Shown in pieces: positions 1 through 11,842 of a stretch of 64,000 bases of DNA (within the stretch, counting starts at the first letter, position 1; each line of letters opens with the position of its first letter). The translations under genes were made by a program, and so were the position numbers. Source of the stretch: Octopus vulgaris. Lineage: Eukaryota. The notes below the pieces were generated by a model, which worked only from the letters and a program-made list of their open reading frames with translations, was not told where the DNA came from and did not search any database. Location of the stretch: positions 52,948,001 through 53,012,000 of the forward strand of contig OX597832.1 in the NCBI GenBank assembly GCA_951406725.2, in the 5' to 3' direction.

Positions 1-306
1 TTTAGCTGAGGCTGGTGTCATATGTGGTCAGCAAATTCTTTTATGCCGATAGGGAAGCAAATGTTTCCAAAGTCATTTCAAGGTTGTCTCTCTTGTAGTA
101 CATGGTACTGATGATTGTCAAGAAGTGAGAAATGTGTCCACCATCCAACACCTATTGCCTAAAGTAAAAAAAAAAAGGGTTCTCCATTGTAATATGAAAT
201 ATGTCCCAAACATATTTGGACTGATCTAAATGTTTAAAAAACAACATAATTTTTAAAATAATTTTTTCCCAACAAATGTATTTTTCTTTTTTTTTTTCTT
301 TTGTAG

Positions 307-519
307 GAAGAAGATCCCAGAATAAGTAAGAAGAGATTACTAGGTGATGTAAGTCATTATTGTCCAGTAATGTTGAAAGAAAAAGGTGTTTTAATCTCAG
401 CAAGACATGAAGTAGCAGTCAGATATGACAGTAAACTGTATTACTTGACATCCATTGAAATATCAGACCAGTTTGTTGCGCAACCAGAGGACTATACCCC
501 CAAAGACAAACCATTCCAG
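307..519 (+). CDS. AK9: AK9-like exon (first in window; gene starts upstream): EEDPRISKKRLLGDVSHYCPVMLKEKGVL...PEDYTPKDKPFQ
   Basis: Poly-T tract + tag acceptor, GT donor at 520, 213 nt, phase 0-0; YCPV motif typical of AK9 inter-domain repeats. Confidence 0.88.
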
Positions 520-819
520 GTTTGTAATATAAATCAATTTATCAACAATACTATTTTAATAACTGAAAATTACAATTTGGTTGCTAATTTAATCCTTAGG
601 AGATGACAGGGCTGATCTATCAACTGAAAAGTGAAATGATGAAGAAGATTGTATTAGTTCTTTCAATTTCCTACAAGAATATGTATAGTTTTATATACGT
701 AAATTAATTTATTTCAAAAAAGGTTTTTTTGAAAAATAACCAGTCCATTTAAGTGTACCCTTCAATCATTGGGCAATAAACTGTGCATGAGAAGACCTCT
801 TGAGTCAAGTGAAATCATT

Positions 820-2410
820 GTCATGGCTGATGCCAGTGCTGCCTGATTGGCTCCTATGCTGGTAGCACGAAAAAAGCACCATTCAAGCATGGTCAATGCC
901 AGTAATGCCTGACTGGCTCCTGTGCAAGTGGCACATAAAAAGTACCATTCAAGCATGGTTGTTGCCAGTGCCACCTGACTAGTTCCTGTGCTGGTGGAAT
1001 GTAAAAAGCACCATTCAAGCGTGGCTGTTGCCAGTGCCACCTGACTAGCTCCTGTGCAAGTGGCACATAAAAAGTACCATTCAAGCATGGTTGTTGCCAG
1101 TGCCACCTGACTAGCTCCTGTGCAAGTGGCACATAAAAAGTACCATTCAAGCATGGTTGTTGCCAGTGCCACCTGACTAGCTCCTGTACTGGTGGCATGT
1201 AAAAAGCACCATTCAAGTGTGGCTGTTGCCAGTGCCGCCTGACTAGCTCCTGTGCTGGTGGAATGTAAAAAGCACCATTCAAGCGTGGCTGTTGCCAGTG
1301 CCACCTGACTAGCTCCTGTGCTGGTGGCACGAAAAAGCACCATTCAAGCGTGGTCAATGCCAGTAATGCCTGACTGGCTCCTGTGCAAGTGGCACATAAA
1401 AAGTACCATTCAAGCATGGTTGTTGCCAGTGCCACCTGACTAGCTCCTGTGCTGGTGGCACGAAAAAAGCACCATTCAAGCGTGGTCAATGCCAGTAATG
1501 CCTGACTGGCTCCTGTGCAAGTGGCACATAAAAAGTACCATTCAAGCATGGTTGTTGCCAGTGCCACCTGACTAGCTCCTGTACTGGTGGCATGTAAAAA
1601 GCACCATTCAAGTGTGGCTGTTGCCAGTGCCGCCTGACTAGCTCCTGTGCTGGTGGAATGTAAAAAGCACCATTCAAGCGTGGCTGTTGCCAGTGCCACC
1701 TGACTAGCTCCTGTGCTGGTGGCACGAAAAAGCACCATTCAAGCGTGGTCAATGCCAGTAATGCCTGACTGGCTCCTGTGCAAGTGGCACATAAAAAGTA
1801 CCATTCAAGCATGGTTGTTGCCAGTGCCACCTGACTAGCTCCTGTGCTGGTGGCACGAAAAAGCACCATTCAAGCGTGGTCAATGCCAGTAATGCCTGAC
1901 TGGCTCCTGTGCAAGTGGCACATAAAAAGTACCATTCAAGCATGGTTGTTGCCAGTGCCACCTGACTAGCTCCTGTGCTGGTGGCATGTAAAAAGCACCA
2001 TTCAAGCATGGTTGTTGCCAGTGCCACCTGACTAGCTCCTGTGCTGGTGGCATGTAAAAGCACCATTCAAGCATGGTTGTTGCCAGTGCCACCTGACTAG
2101 CTCCTGTGCTGGTGGCATGTAAAAAGCACCATTCAAGCATGGTTGTTGCCAGTGCCACCTGACTAGCTCCTGTGCTGGTGGCATGTAAAAAGTACCATTC
2201 AAGCATGGTTGTTGCCAGTGCCACCTGACTAGCTCCTGTGCTGGTGGCATGTAAAAAGCACCATTCAAGCGTGGTCAATGCCAGTAATGCCTGACTGGCT
2301 CCTGTGCAAGTGGCACATAAAAAGCACCATTCAAGCGTGGCTGTTGCCAGTGCAGCCTGACTAGCTCCTGTGCTGGTGGCATGTAAAAAGCACCATTCAA
2401 GCATAGCTGT
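820..2410. repeat. Minisatellite, about 66-bp unit, about 24 copies
   Basis: Unit cattcaagcatggttgttgccagtgccacctgactagctcctgtgctggtggcatgtaaaaagcac with recurring variants. Confidence 0.95.
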
Positions 2411-2531
2411 TACCCATACTCAAGAAAACCCATCCTCTGCTCCAGAAATGTTAATTCTTTTGCTCTAGACAATTTAATTATTCTAAATAAATTCCTACAT
2501 TTTATGAAGATTTTGTGACTTTCTCTTCCAG

Positions 2532-2725
2532 CCTCCACCACTTAGGATCTGCATCCTCGGTGCACATGGCTCAGGGAAAACTGTTTATGGCCGTTACATA
2601 GCAAATAAACTTGGTATCTTCCACATTTCATTCAAAGAAAAATTACAAGAATTGATTATCAAAAAGACTGGCAGGAAAATTGGCCCCTTATATGAAGAGG
2701 ATACTGCTACAGACTATGGGTCACT
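2532..2725 (+). CDS. AK9: AK9-like exon with P-loop GAHGSGKT (PPPLRICILGAHGSGKTVYGRYIANKLGIFHISF...)
   Basis: ttccag acceptor, gtaagt donor, 194 nt, phase 0-2; Walker A at the start of an adenylate-kinase fold. Confidence 0.92.
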
Positions 2726-3152
2726 GTAAGTAGAGAGAAGTAGATAGAACACTGAAAATGTATCTGTTGTATGTGATTATGGAGGAACGTTTTATGGGTT
2801 TTATATGTCCTATGTGTAGGCGCAGATGTGGTCATGTGGTAAGAAGTTTGCTTCCCGAACCAACGCTGACCGTTAAGCAAAGAGGGGCCAACACAAAGAC
2901 CCACGCAACACACACTGACGACACATCATCATCTTTCTTTCTTTTACTTGTTTCAGTCATTTGACTGCAGCCATGCTGGGGCACTGTCTTCAGTGGAGCA
3001 AATCGACCCCAGGACTTATTCTTTGTAAGCCTAGTACTTATTCTATCGGTCTCTTTTGCCGAACCGCTAAGTTACGGAGACATAAACACACCAGCATCGG
3101 TTGTCAAGCGATGTTGGGGAGACAAACACAGACACAAACACACACACACACA

Positions 3153-3249
<97 letters not shown>

Positions 3250-3585
3250 GACAGGCTTTTTTCAGTTTCCGTCTACCTCACTCACAAGGCTTTGGTTGGC
3301 CCGAGGCTATAGCAGAAGACACTTGCCCCAAAGTGCCACGCATCATCATCATCATCATTTAACGTCCGCTTTCCATGCTAGCATGGGTTGGACAATTTGA
3401 CTGAAGACTGGCAAACCAGATGGGTGAACCAGGCTCCAATCTGATCTGGCAGAGTTTCTACAACTGGATGCCCTTCCTAATGCCAACCACTCTGAGAATG
3501 TAGTGGGTGCTTTTATGTGCCACCGGCATGAGCGCCAGTCAGGTGGCACTGGCAACGGCCATGCTCAAATGGTTTTATCCCCGCT

Positions 3586-3813
3586 TTACCCTTTAGTGTT
3601 CGCATTATTCTACCAAAATTAATGCTTCTTCATCCACATTGTTTTGAACTAATTATGCATTATCTTGTAGCTATGAGATTTTGATGAGGTAGCTGTTAAT
3701 TTTTAAGATGATATTGTAGGGTTGGTGTGAGAGACCAGATCTGGCCAGTTTGAACATAAAACTGGTAGACTACTTTTGACCGGATATGGCCGGTTTAAAT
3801 GCTAAAGGGTTAA
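3586..3813. mobile_element. piggyBac-like MITE; related copies at about 26152-27517 (interrupted), 54035-54230, 57813-58572 (interrupted)
   Basis: ccctttag...ctaaaggg termini with TTAA at the right end; internal sequence recurs. Confidence 0.62.
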
Positions 3814-4014
3814 ACATGGATATTCTGTTGCAACAAACTATACCGCAGTAGATACCATAAGAGAAACTCTCATATTAGCTTTTTGAGCAAAATGCATTGC
3901 TGTTTATATAACTGGCCAGCCGGCGATATAGTTTGTTCTAGCACAGAACCATGAGTTGGATGTAGTCTCTTCTAACAGAACATCCAAATTAGAATGAAAG
4001 TTATCTTTCAGTAT

Positions 4015-4400
4015 CAATGGAAGCACTCCGTCGGTTATGACGATGAGGGTTCTGGTTGATCCGATCAACGGAACAGCCTGCTCATGAAATTAACGTGTAA
4101 GTGGCTGAGCACTCCACAGACACGTGTACCTTTAACGTAGTTCTCGGGGATATTCAGCGTGACACAGAGAGTGACAAGGACGGCCCCTTGAAATACAGGT
4201 ACAACAGAAACAGGAAGTAAGAGTGAGAGAAAGTTGTGGTGAAAGAGTACAGCAGGGATCACCACCATCCCCTGCCGGAGCCTCGTGGAGCTTTAGGTAT
4301 TTTCACTCAATAAACACTCACAACGCCCGGTCTGGGAATTGAAACCGCGATCCTATGACCGCGAGTCCGCTGCCCTAACCACTGGGCCATTGCGCCTCCA
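4015..4400 (-). mobile_element. Full-length tRNA-derived SINE (tRNA-Arg-like head)
   Basis: A/B box-like head; 10-bp TSD ctttcagtat at 4005-4014 and 4401-4410; near-identical to 50342-50739. Confidence 0.88.
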
Positions 4401-4454
4401 CTTTCAGTATTAATACTGTCTTTGTCACTAATAAATACAATATGATGATGATGA

Positions 4455-5045
4455 TCATCATCATCATCGTTTAACGTCCGTTCTCCATGCTAGCATGGGT
4501 TGGATGGTTCGACTGGGGATATGGGAAGCCAGAAGGCTGCACCAGGCTCCAGTCTGATCTGGCAGTGTTTCTACAGCTGGATGCCCTTCCTAACGCCAAC
4601 CACTCCGTGAGTGTAGTGGGTGCTTTTTACGTGCCACTGGCACAGGTGCCAGGCGAGGCTGGCAACAGCCACGATTGGGTTTGTGCTTTTTACGTGCCAC
4701 TGGCACGGAAGCCAGTCAAGGCGGCACTGGCATCGGCCACATTCGGATGGTGCTTTTTACGTGCCACTGGCATGGAAGCCAGTCAAGGCGGCACTGGCAT
4801 CGGCCACGTTCAGATGGTGCTTTTTACGTTCCACCAGCACGGAAGCCAGTCAAGGTGGCGCTAGCATCAGTCACGTTCGGATGGTGCTTTTTACATGCCA
4901 CTGGCACGGAAGCCAGTCAAGGTGGCACTGGCATCGGCCACGTTCGGATGGTGCTTTTTACGTTCCACCGGCACGGAAGCCAGTCAAGGCGGAGCTGGCA
5001 TCGACCTCGTTCAGATGGTGCTTTTTACGTGCCACTGGCCCAGGG
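4455..5045 (-). mobile_element. RTE 3'UTR-derived repeat with tandem internal modules; related copies at about 3341-3575, 12360-12970, 38878-39145, 40428-40580, 45578-45960, 49285-49520, 57999-58540
   Basis: Shared catcatcgtttaacgtccg...ccatgctagcatgggttgg...ggatgcccttcctaa...ggtgctttttacgtgcc sequence, matching the 3' end of the 35.2-36.4 kb RTE. Confidence 0.75.
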
Positions 5046-5796
5046 ATCACAACTACAGTTTTAAAAAATTTAGTTTGGGCATATTTCTCCAATCAGTTAT
5101 TCTGATGAGTGCCAAGATTGGTTTCTCTAAACTCTCAAGAATGAAACCAAATCGGTTGAAATGGGATTATAATATTGTTATTTCGTTATTGCCCACAAGG
5201 GGCTAAATACAGAGGGGACAAACAAGGTCAGACAAAGGGATTAAGTCAATTACATCGAAACCAGTGCGTAACTGGTACTTAATTTATCGACCCCTAAAAG
5301 GATGAAAGGCAAAGTCGACCTTGGCGGAATTTGAACTCAGAACGTAACGGCAGACGAAATACTGGTGAGCATTTTGTCTGGCATGCTAACGATTCTGCCA
5401 GCTCGCTGCCTTTTGGGATTATAATATTGTGTTGTATAAATGATTAACATATCCACTCTATTGACAAGCATACAAGGGCCTTTTCTTTCCTAACAAATGG
5501 TTTCTTAGACACCTATATGTGTGTGTGTGCGTGCGTGTGTGTATGTATACATATACACACACGCACACACACATGCGTATAAATATATATATATATGTTC
5601 AAGTAGTTGAATGAATTATCCTAGTATGGATAATTCGGTTAACCGATACCCGGGTAGCAAATTTACGTCAGAAAGCACGGTTGAAGCTACATGCCAAGGG
5701 CAGAAATCACGTGCTTTCGTGTGGAAATTTGTGTGTTTTTTTACTCTAGATGAATGAAAGAATGGAGTCGAACGACGATTTAACAAAATTCCTTTA

Positions 5797-5880
5797 TTCT
5801 CGACACATGTTTCGAAGACTGCATATTCTTAATTCCGAAGGAATAAAGGGTGCATTATGCCGTCTTTTCATCAGGAAAGA
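5797..5880 (-). ncRNA. Hammerhead ribozyme motif, homolog of the 63.0 kb copy (G10.1>A mismatch)
   Basis: UUUC-CUGAUGA-AAAGAC...GUCUUC-GAAACAUGUGUC-GAGA; flanks 5645-5930 are homologous to 62865-63140. Confidence 0.72.
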
Positions 5881-6334
5881 CAAGGAATTTATGTCAGCAT
5901 CATGACGAACAAAAACTTTTAGATGACTGCCCACACGGAGTCCATATATATATTTATTTTCATCGTGTTGAACCATTAATCCCTACATATTATTTCCCTC
6001 TAATCATTTTTTTTTTCCATTCTCTCTCCATTTTATTCGTCTCAACCCTTTCTGTTGAAGAGTGTTAGACTCGAAATGTCAAATACTTTTCCATTCTTCC
6101 TGATCATGAAACTAATACACACTGCGCTTGTTGTTCCCCCACCTACATATTCATCATCATCATCATCATCTTCATCATCATCATTTAACGTCTCCTTTCC
6201 ATGTGGACAGTAAATGATAATGATGATGATATAGGTGAAGGAACAACAAGCAGGTGTATTAGTTTGACGCTCAAGAAGAATGGAAAACTCTTTAACATTT
6301 CAAGCCTGCACTCTTCGGCAGAAAAGGTTGAGAG

Positions 6335-6379
<45 letters not shown>

Positions 6380-6442
6380 CTTTTTTCTCCTCTTTTTTCT
6401 CTCCTCTTTTTCTCTCCTTGTCTCTCTCCTTGTTTTTTCTGT

Positions 6443-6484
6443 GTCCCTTTCTGAAGAAGAGCGTAGGCTCGAAACGTAAAAGAC
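6443..6484 (+). ncRNA. Minimal type I hammerhead motif
   Basis: CUUU-CUGAAGA-A-GAGC(guag)GCUC-GAAACGUA-AAAG. Confidence 0.72.
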
Positions 6485-6580
6485 TTTTCTGTTCCTGAGC
6501 GTTATACTAATACATCTGTTTGTTTTGTACACCACCTGTCTTTGTCTTTTGTTTTTTCGTAAACTCTCCCTATATATATA

Positions 6581-6618
<38 letters not shown>

Positions 6619-7024
6619 TTATCAATTTATAAATGCCAAAAGAACAGGTGTTACCTATTGACATGCATTGGCTTACTGCTGTTTCCATTATGAGGAACTG
6701 TGTACCCAAAGATGAATGACAGGGTGGCATCATATTGTGTCAGCAGCATTCTAGATTGCTGAATTAATTGAGACCCAGATAAAATAGCTGGTGTTATTTA
6801 TTTATTTATGTCCCATTATATTTTGAGCTGAAATTTGGCTGTCATCTGTTGTTGGATTAATAAAACAGGAAGCAGTCATGTACTGGGAGTTCATTTAAAT
6901 TGGCCATACCCTTCCCCATGTAGTAGACTATTTACAGACTATGTCTGTAAACTTTAAGTGTGATGGCTGTGTATAATTTTCCTCAGGAGGTTAACATCTA
7001 ATGGTTAATTTATATTGATTTCAG

Positions 7025-7076
7025 GTCAGATGAAGATTCAGATAATAAGAATAAAGAAGTTGAAGAGCAACAAGCA
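7025..7076 (+). CDS. AK9: AK9-like small acidic exon (SDEDSDNKNKEVEEQQA)
   Basis: tttcag/gtaagt, 52 nt; phase 2-0 exactly bridges the neighbouring exons. Confidence 0.75.
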
Positions 7077-8822
7077 GTAAGTAGTGTTTCTGTAACAATC
7101 AGTAAGTTATTTAGGTGGTTGATTTTAATGTGTGAATCAATCGATTTTAAATATTTAATCAATATTAAAGCTGAAATGCGAAAAAGTTGTTTGATTTCTT
7201 GGTTATTTGTCTCATTTTGGGATGGGAACGGTTTAAGGGGCAGTAGATGGGGTCGGATTGGCACCAAAAATTTACACTGGGGTGGGCAACGGTGTGAGGA
7301 GGGTTGCAAGTTGCTCGGGGCTACCGTTTGGTTGCCATGGTGAGGAATATGGGAAAAATTGAGTTTTATAGGATTGAGAGGTTGCGCTGTTTGAATAATG
7401 GTGGCTTTTCGTGTTGCTGCAGGGGCTAGAGGCGGTTATCTTTAATTGTGGGTGTAAAAACTTGTGGGATTTTGGAAAGGTGGGTAAAGAAGAGGGCAAT
7501 AAAAAGAACCAGGCAAAGAAGATGAACAAAAGAAGAAAGGGAAAAGGAGACAACGCGTACAAAACAACATCACCACCAAAACCCGAGCAAAACATGGGTC
7601 AAAACAGCTAGTTGGTCTTAAACTGTGAATTGATTAGATTTAATTAATTTAATTTAGATCTAATTAGTTTAAGTGTTCTTTTATCTGTTATCTTTTACTG
7701 GTTTCAGTCAGTGGGCTGGAGCCATGCTGTAGCACCACCTTCAACAGTTTGGTCAACGTTTGATACTTATTCTGTTCGTGTCTGTTTGCTGAACCACTAA
7801 GTCATGGTGACATGAACATACTTTCTAGCGATAGTGAGGGTCAAACCCAAAAAAGAAACAGAACCATCCAGTCCAGACTGTAAGTCGCTTGGCATCTGGA
7901 AGGGCATCCAGCTATAAAAATCTTGCCAAAACTAACTTTGCATGTGCTGGTGCCACGTACAAAGCACTGAGTCCACTCTGCAGAATGTTTGGTGTTAGGA
8001 AGGGCATCCAGCTGTAAAATCCTTGCCAAGACAGACACAGTAGCCTTGGGTAGATTTTCTATATATACATGTATATATACATGTGTATATATACATATAT
8101 ATATATGTATATATGTATGTATTTTTGTGTGTGTGTATATATACAGTTGCGGCCAAAATGTTCAGAACGGCATTGTTTTTGTCAGAAAAGTAGGTATAAT
8201 TTTTTTATCAAAGTTGTTTTATATTCCATAATTTTCACAGACAATAAATACGATATTATTTGTTATTGCGGTTATTTTCAAAAGTCTTTGAAAACTACTG
8301 CAGTGAATTATTTATGCGGTATTTATTTCCGGTAATCTAGCGCGCCTAAATGAAGACTTTTGAAAATAACCACAAATGTAATAGTGTAATAGGTAGAACT
8401 ACATTCATTTTCGACCTCGTGTTGATATCTGGCGTGAAGTTCTGCAAATTATATTCTGCATAGACGATCATACTGACGATCCACAGATAAATTGTGTAAG
8501 TAAAATTATGTAATTTGTTGAGAGTGATACAATTGTTTATGATTAATCTATATTTTTTTTTACTTTTCATTTATCTTGCTGACTTACGTTTCTGATGTGC
8601 TAAATTTTCTGGAGAACAATTTTTAGTGGTTGAGACCATAGCGGATCTTCTTCTAGAATAAGGGTTTCCACATAGTGGTTAAAAAAATTCCCACTTATAT
8701 TTATGTATGAAATACTATTTACTGAATCTCAGTTTTATTTATATGCTAGACCACTGGAGTTAAAATTGATGTTATCAAATTAATATCCAATTTTTCACCC
8801 TCATTTTGATTTTAATTTTATA

Positions 8823-8867
<45 letters not shown>

Positions 8868-9264
8868 CCTTCGAACATTGGGCCTCACAGAGGCAATGAC
8901 AGGAGACTGGGACCTTTGGAGATATGCTGTGATTGAGAAGACCCGGCAACTAAAGTGAAATTGCAGCCATGCATGTTCAGCCCTGTTAAGAATACCCCTG
9001 CTGATGCGTCGGGTGATATGATATGATATGCTTGAGAAGACCTGTTGAGTCAAGTAAAAGCAATTTCACAGCAGGGGCCGGTGCCGCTGACTGGCTCCCG
9101 TGCTGGTGGCATGTAAAAAGCACCATCCGAACATTGTCGATGCCAGGTCTGCCTGACTGGCTCATGTGCCTGTGGCACATAAAAAGCACCAACAGATTGT
9201 GACCAATGCCAGTACCCCCCGACTAGCTCCTGTACCGGTGGCACATAAAAAGCACCTACTATAC

Positions 9265-9548
9265 TCTCTATGAGACAATAGTATAAGACAATAATATAAG
9301 ACAATACTATGAGACAGTAGTATAAAAACAATTGTATGAGACAACAGTATAAGACAATACTATGAGACAACAGTATAAGACAATACTATGAGATAATAGT
9401 ATAAGACAATACTATGAGACAATAGTATAAAAACAATTGTATGAGACAACAGCATAAGACAATACTATGAGACAATAGTATAAGACAATACTATGAGACA
9501 ATAATATATGACAATAAAATAAGTCAGTATAAGACAAGTTATGAGACA
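9265..9548. repeat. 13/26-bp minisatellite (tatgagacaatag tataagacaatac)
   Basis: Visible tandem periodicity. Confidence 0.85.
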
Positions 9549-9579
9549 TTTGTACAAGTATTCCATCTGTTGTTTATAG

Positions 9580-9713
9580 GAAACCTTCACGGAACCGGAA
9601 GAGTTGACAGAAGATGAAGAATGTATTAGACACTTTCTCGAGGCTAACACCCCTTTATCTAGTGACTTACTGTCGACAATTATATCACCTTGGTGGTTTG
9701 AAGAACCATACAG
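9580..9713 (+). CDS. AK9: AK9-like exon (ETFTEPEELTEDEECIRHFLE...IISPWWFEEPYR)
   Basis: tag/gtttgt, 134 nt, phase 0-2; WW-x-EEP-Y-R continues into the GFVLEGYP exon. Confidence 0.88.
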
Positions 9714-10402
9714 GTTTGTGTAAATAATTCTACTACTGATGTTATCTTTTAAGATTGGTCTTATATATATGATGGTTAGGACTAGAGTTAGGATTAGAGT
9801 TAAGGTTGCATAAGAGCCACAATAACTATTCTGGTTCTTCTTATTTCTTAGAAAATGGAATAACTGTTTCACTGAATGTTAACTGCCTCGAAACATCTTG
9901 GTGAAGTTGTTGAGTAGCCATGGTTTGTCTTACTGGAAGTGAATTGTACCATTGAAAGTCATCATTATCATCATCATCATCATCGTCATCATCATTGTTG
10001 GTGGCGGTGTTGGTGGTGGCGGCATCATCATTGTCATCTTTTCACATCTAAGTACTTGACTTCGGTCCATCATTGTAAATATGCCAAGCTCTAGCCAGGG
10101 ACCATATCTTATTATATTCCATCATGCAATGGTTATTTCTGTGGAGTGCAGTCCAGGCATTAGTCAACTGCCGCAGAAGACACTACCTGTGTCACTGTGA
10201 AGCGAGCTTTCCAACCACACAGCCATTGTTGTGGCTGTGGTAATAATGAGTAAGGATAGTTGTTAGATAAAATTATCAGGTTGCTAGTGTGGTATGCTAA
10301 TGGTCATGTAGCCTAGTGGTTGAGGTGTTGCACTCATCATCACTAGATCATGGTTTCAATTCCCAGATTGGCAGTGTGTTGTGTTCTTTAGCAAAACACT
10401 TA

Positions 10403-10922
10403 CCATAAATCCTTGAGTATAATCCGCATTTTTTTCCCAAAATTTAAAGGTCAAAATCCCTAGTGCATACTGTATACGAGGTTAAAAATGAAAAATATTT
10501 CTTAAGCAATGTCCGAGTCTCTATTTGCTGTCCAGCAATGTTTATTCAGACGCATTTTGTGATGTCGGGCACGAAAATACCTTAAGCTAAGCCTGAAAGC
10601 AATGAAGTCATAAAAGAATCATCCATAACTTGCAGTAAGCAACATTTATTAAAATAAAAGTATTCGGAACACAGAATAACATGTAACAAAAACAATTTGC
10701 AAACATATTTACATTCCCATATACCAGTTAAGAACATCACCATTATTGTATTACGTATGCACAGAAGTGTTTGTTTGACTAGGTGCTGCTGGCTTAATTA
10801 CGCATGACTCGTTAGAGAAGGGGTGCATATTATACACAATGTTTAGGTTTTTCAGAGGTACAACCCCCTAAAAATCCCCTACGTATTATGCTCAAGGGCG
10901 GACTATACTTGAGGATTTACAG
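10403..10922. mobile_element. Tc1/mariner-superfamily MITE inserted in a SINE
   Basis: TA-flanked imperfect TIRs ccataaatccttgagtataatccgc / gcggactatacttgaggatttacag. Confidence 0.72.
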
Positions 10923-11622
10923 TAATTTCACATTGCTCCAGTCAAACCAGCTGTAAGATTTTGTCGATGTGATTGTTTATTATGTGGAATGACATGATAG
11001 GGTAGGTGAGAGAGCCCGGATCTAGTCAGTTTGAAGATAAGACAGGTAGACTGCTTGAGCCAGATATGGGTGGTTTAAATGCTTAATCCAGTTCAACCAG
11101 CTGCAAATGGGTAACCTTGCAATGGACTATTATTCTGCTCAGGAAGGATATTTGCTTGCCTGACCAGTCGGGTGACATTGCTCAAAAGCTACAATGATGG
11201 AAAGAAATGCATGGTGACCAGCAACAAATAATAACAAGTGATAAGTTGGTTGGCCTGGTGGGCGGCGAGCTGGCAGAAACATTAGCACGCCGGGCGAAAT
11301 GCTTAGCGGTATTTCGTCTGTATTTCGCTCTGAGTTCAAATTCCGCCGAGGTCGACTTTGCCTTTCATCCTCTCGGGGTCGATAAATTAAGTACCAGTTA
11401 CGTACTGGGGTCGATGTAATCGACTTAATACCTATGTCTGTCCTTGTTTGTCCCCTCTGTGTTTAGCCCCTTGTGGGTAATAAAGAAATAGGTATTATAT
11501 TTATATTAAACTAAAGGTTAATATTAAACTAAAGGGTTAAATTATATTTTAAAACAAAATACTTATTAATTCTTCATAGCAACAATTTTAAAACTATACA
11601 TATGATATTTCTTGTGTTTTAG

Positions 11623-11842
11623 ATCAGTTGGGTTCGTATTAGAAGGTTATCCAAGTATGGTAGATGATGTCAGTTTAACAGCAAATAGTGGATGTTTCCC
11701 AGAAGTTGCCATCATCTTAAACATTGAAGCAGAGGATGTTATTAACAGATTGTTGCCAGCCAGACTAAATTCTTGGAAAACTAAAAGGGATGCGAAACTT
11801 GAAAAAGTAGAGAAGAAAAAGGATCAAATAATGCAGGAAAGA
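11623..11842 (+). CDS. AK9: AK9-like exon (SVGFVLEGYPSMVDD...FPEVAIIL...RLLPARLNSWK...QER)
   Basis: ttttag/gtgagt, 220 nt, phase 2-0; adenylate kinase signature-like GFVLEGYP. Confidence 0.92.

Noticed and set aside
762-2404. Long minus-strand ORFs with repeated LEWCFL/ATSTGASQ peptides
   Set aside because: Artefact of the 66-bp (multiple of 3) tandem unit; frames shift with 1-nt indels; intronic
820-2410. CRISPR-like regular array, or hammerhead array (ctgactag...gaaa)
   Set aside because: No unique spacers or cas genes in this eukaryotic context; ctgacta is not CUGANGA and the stems do not form
8142-8620. Complete Tc1-like element starting tacagttgcggccaaaa
   Set aside because: No matching right TIR or transposase remnant found by eye
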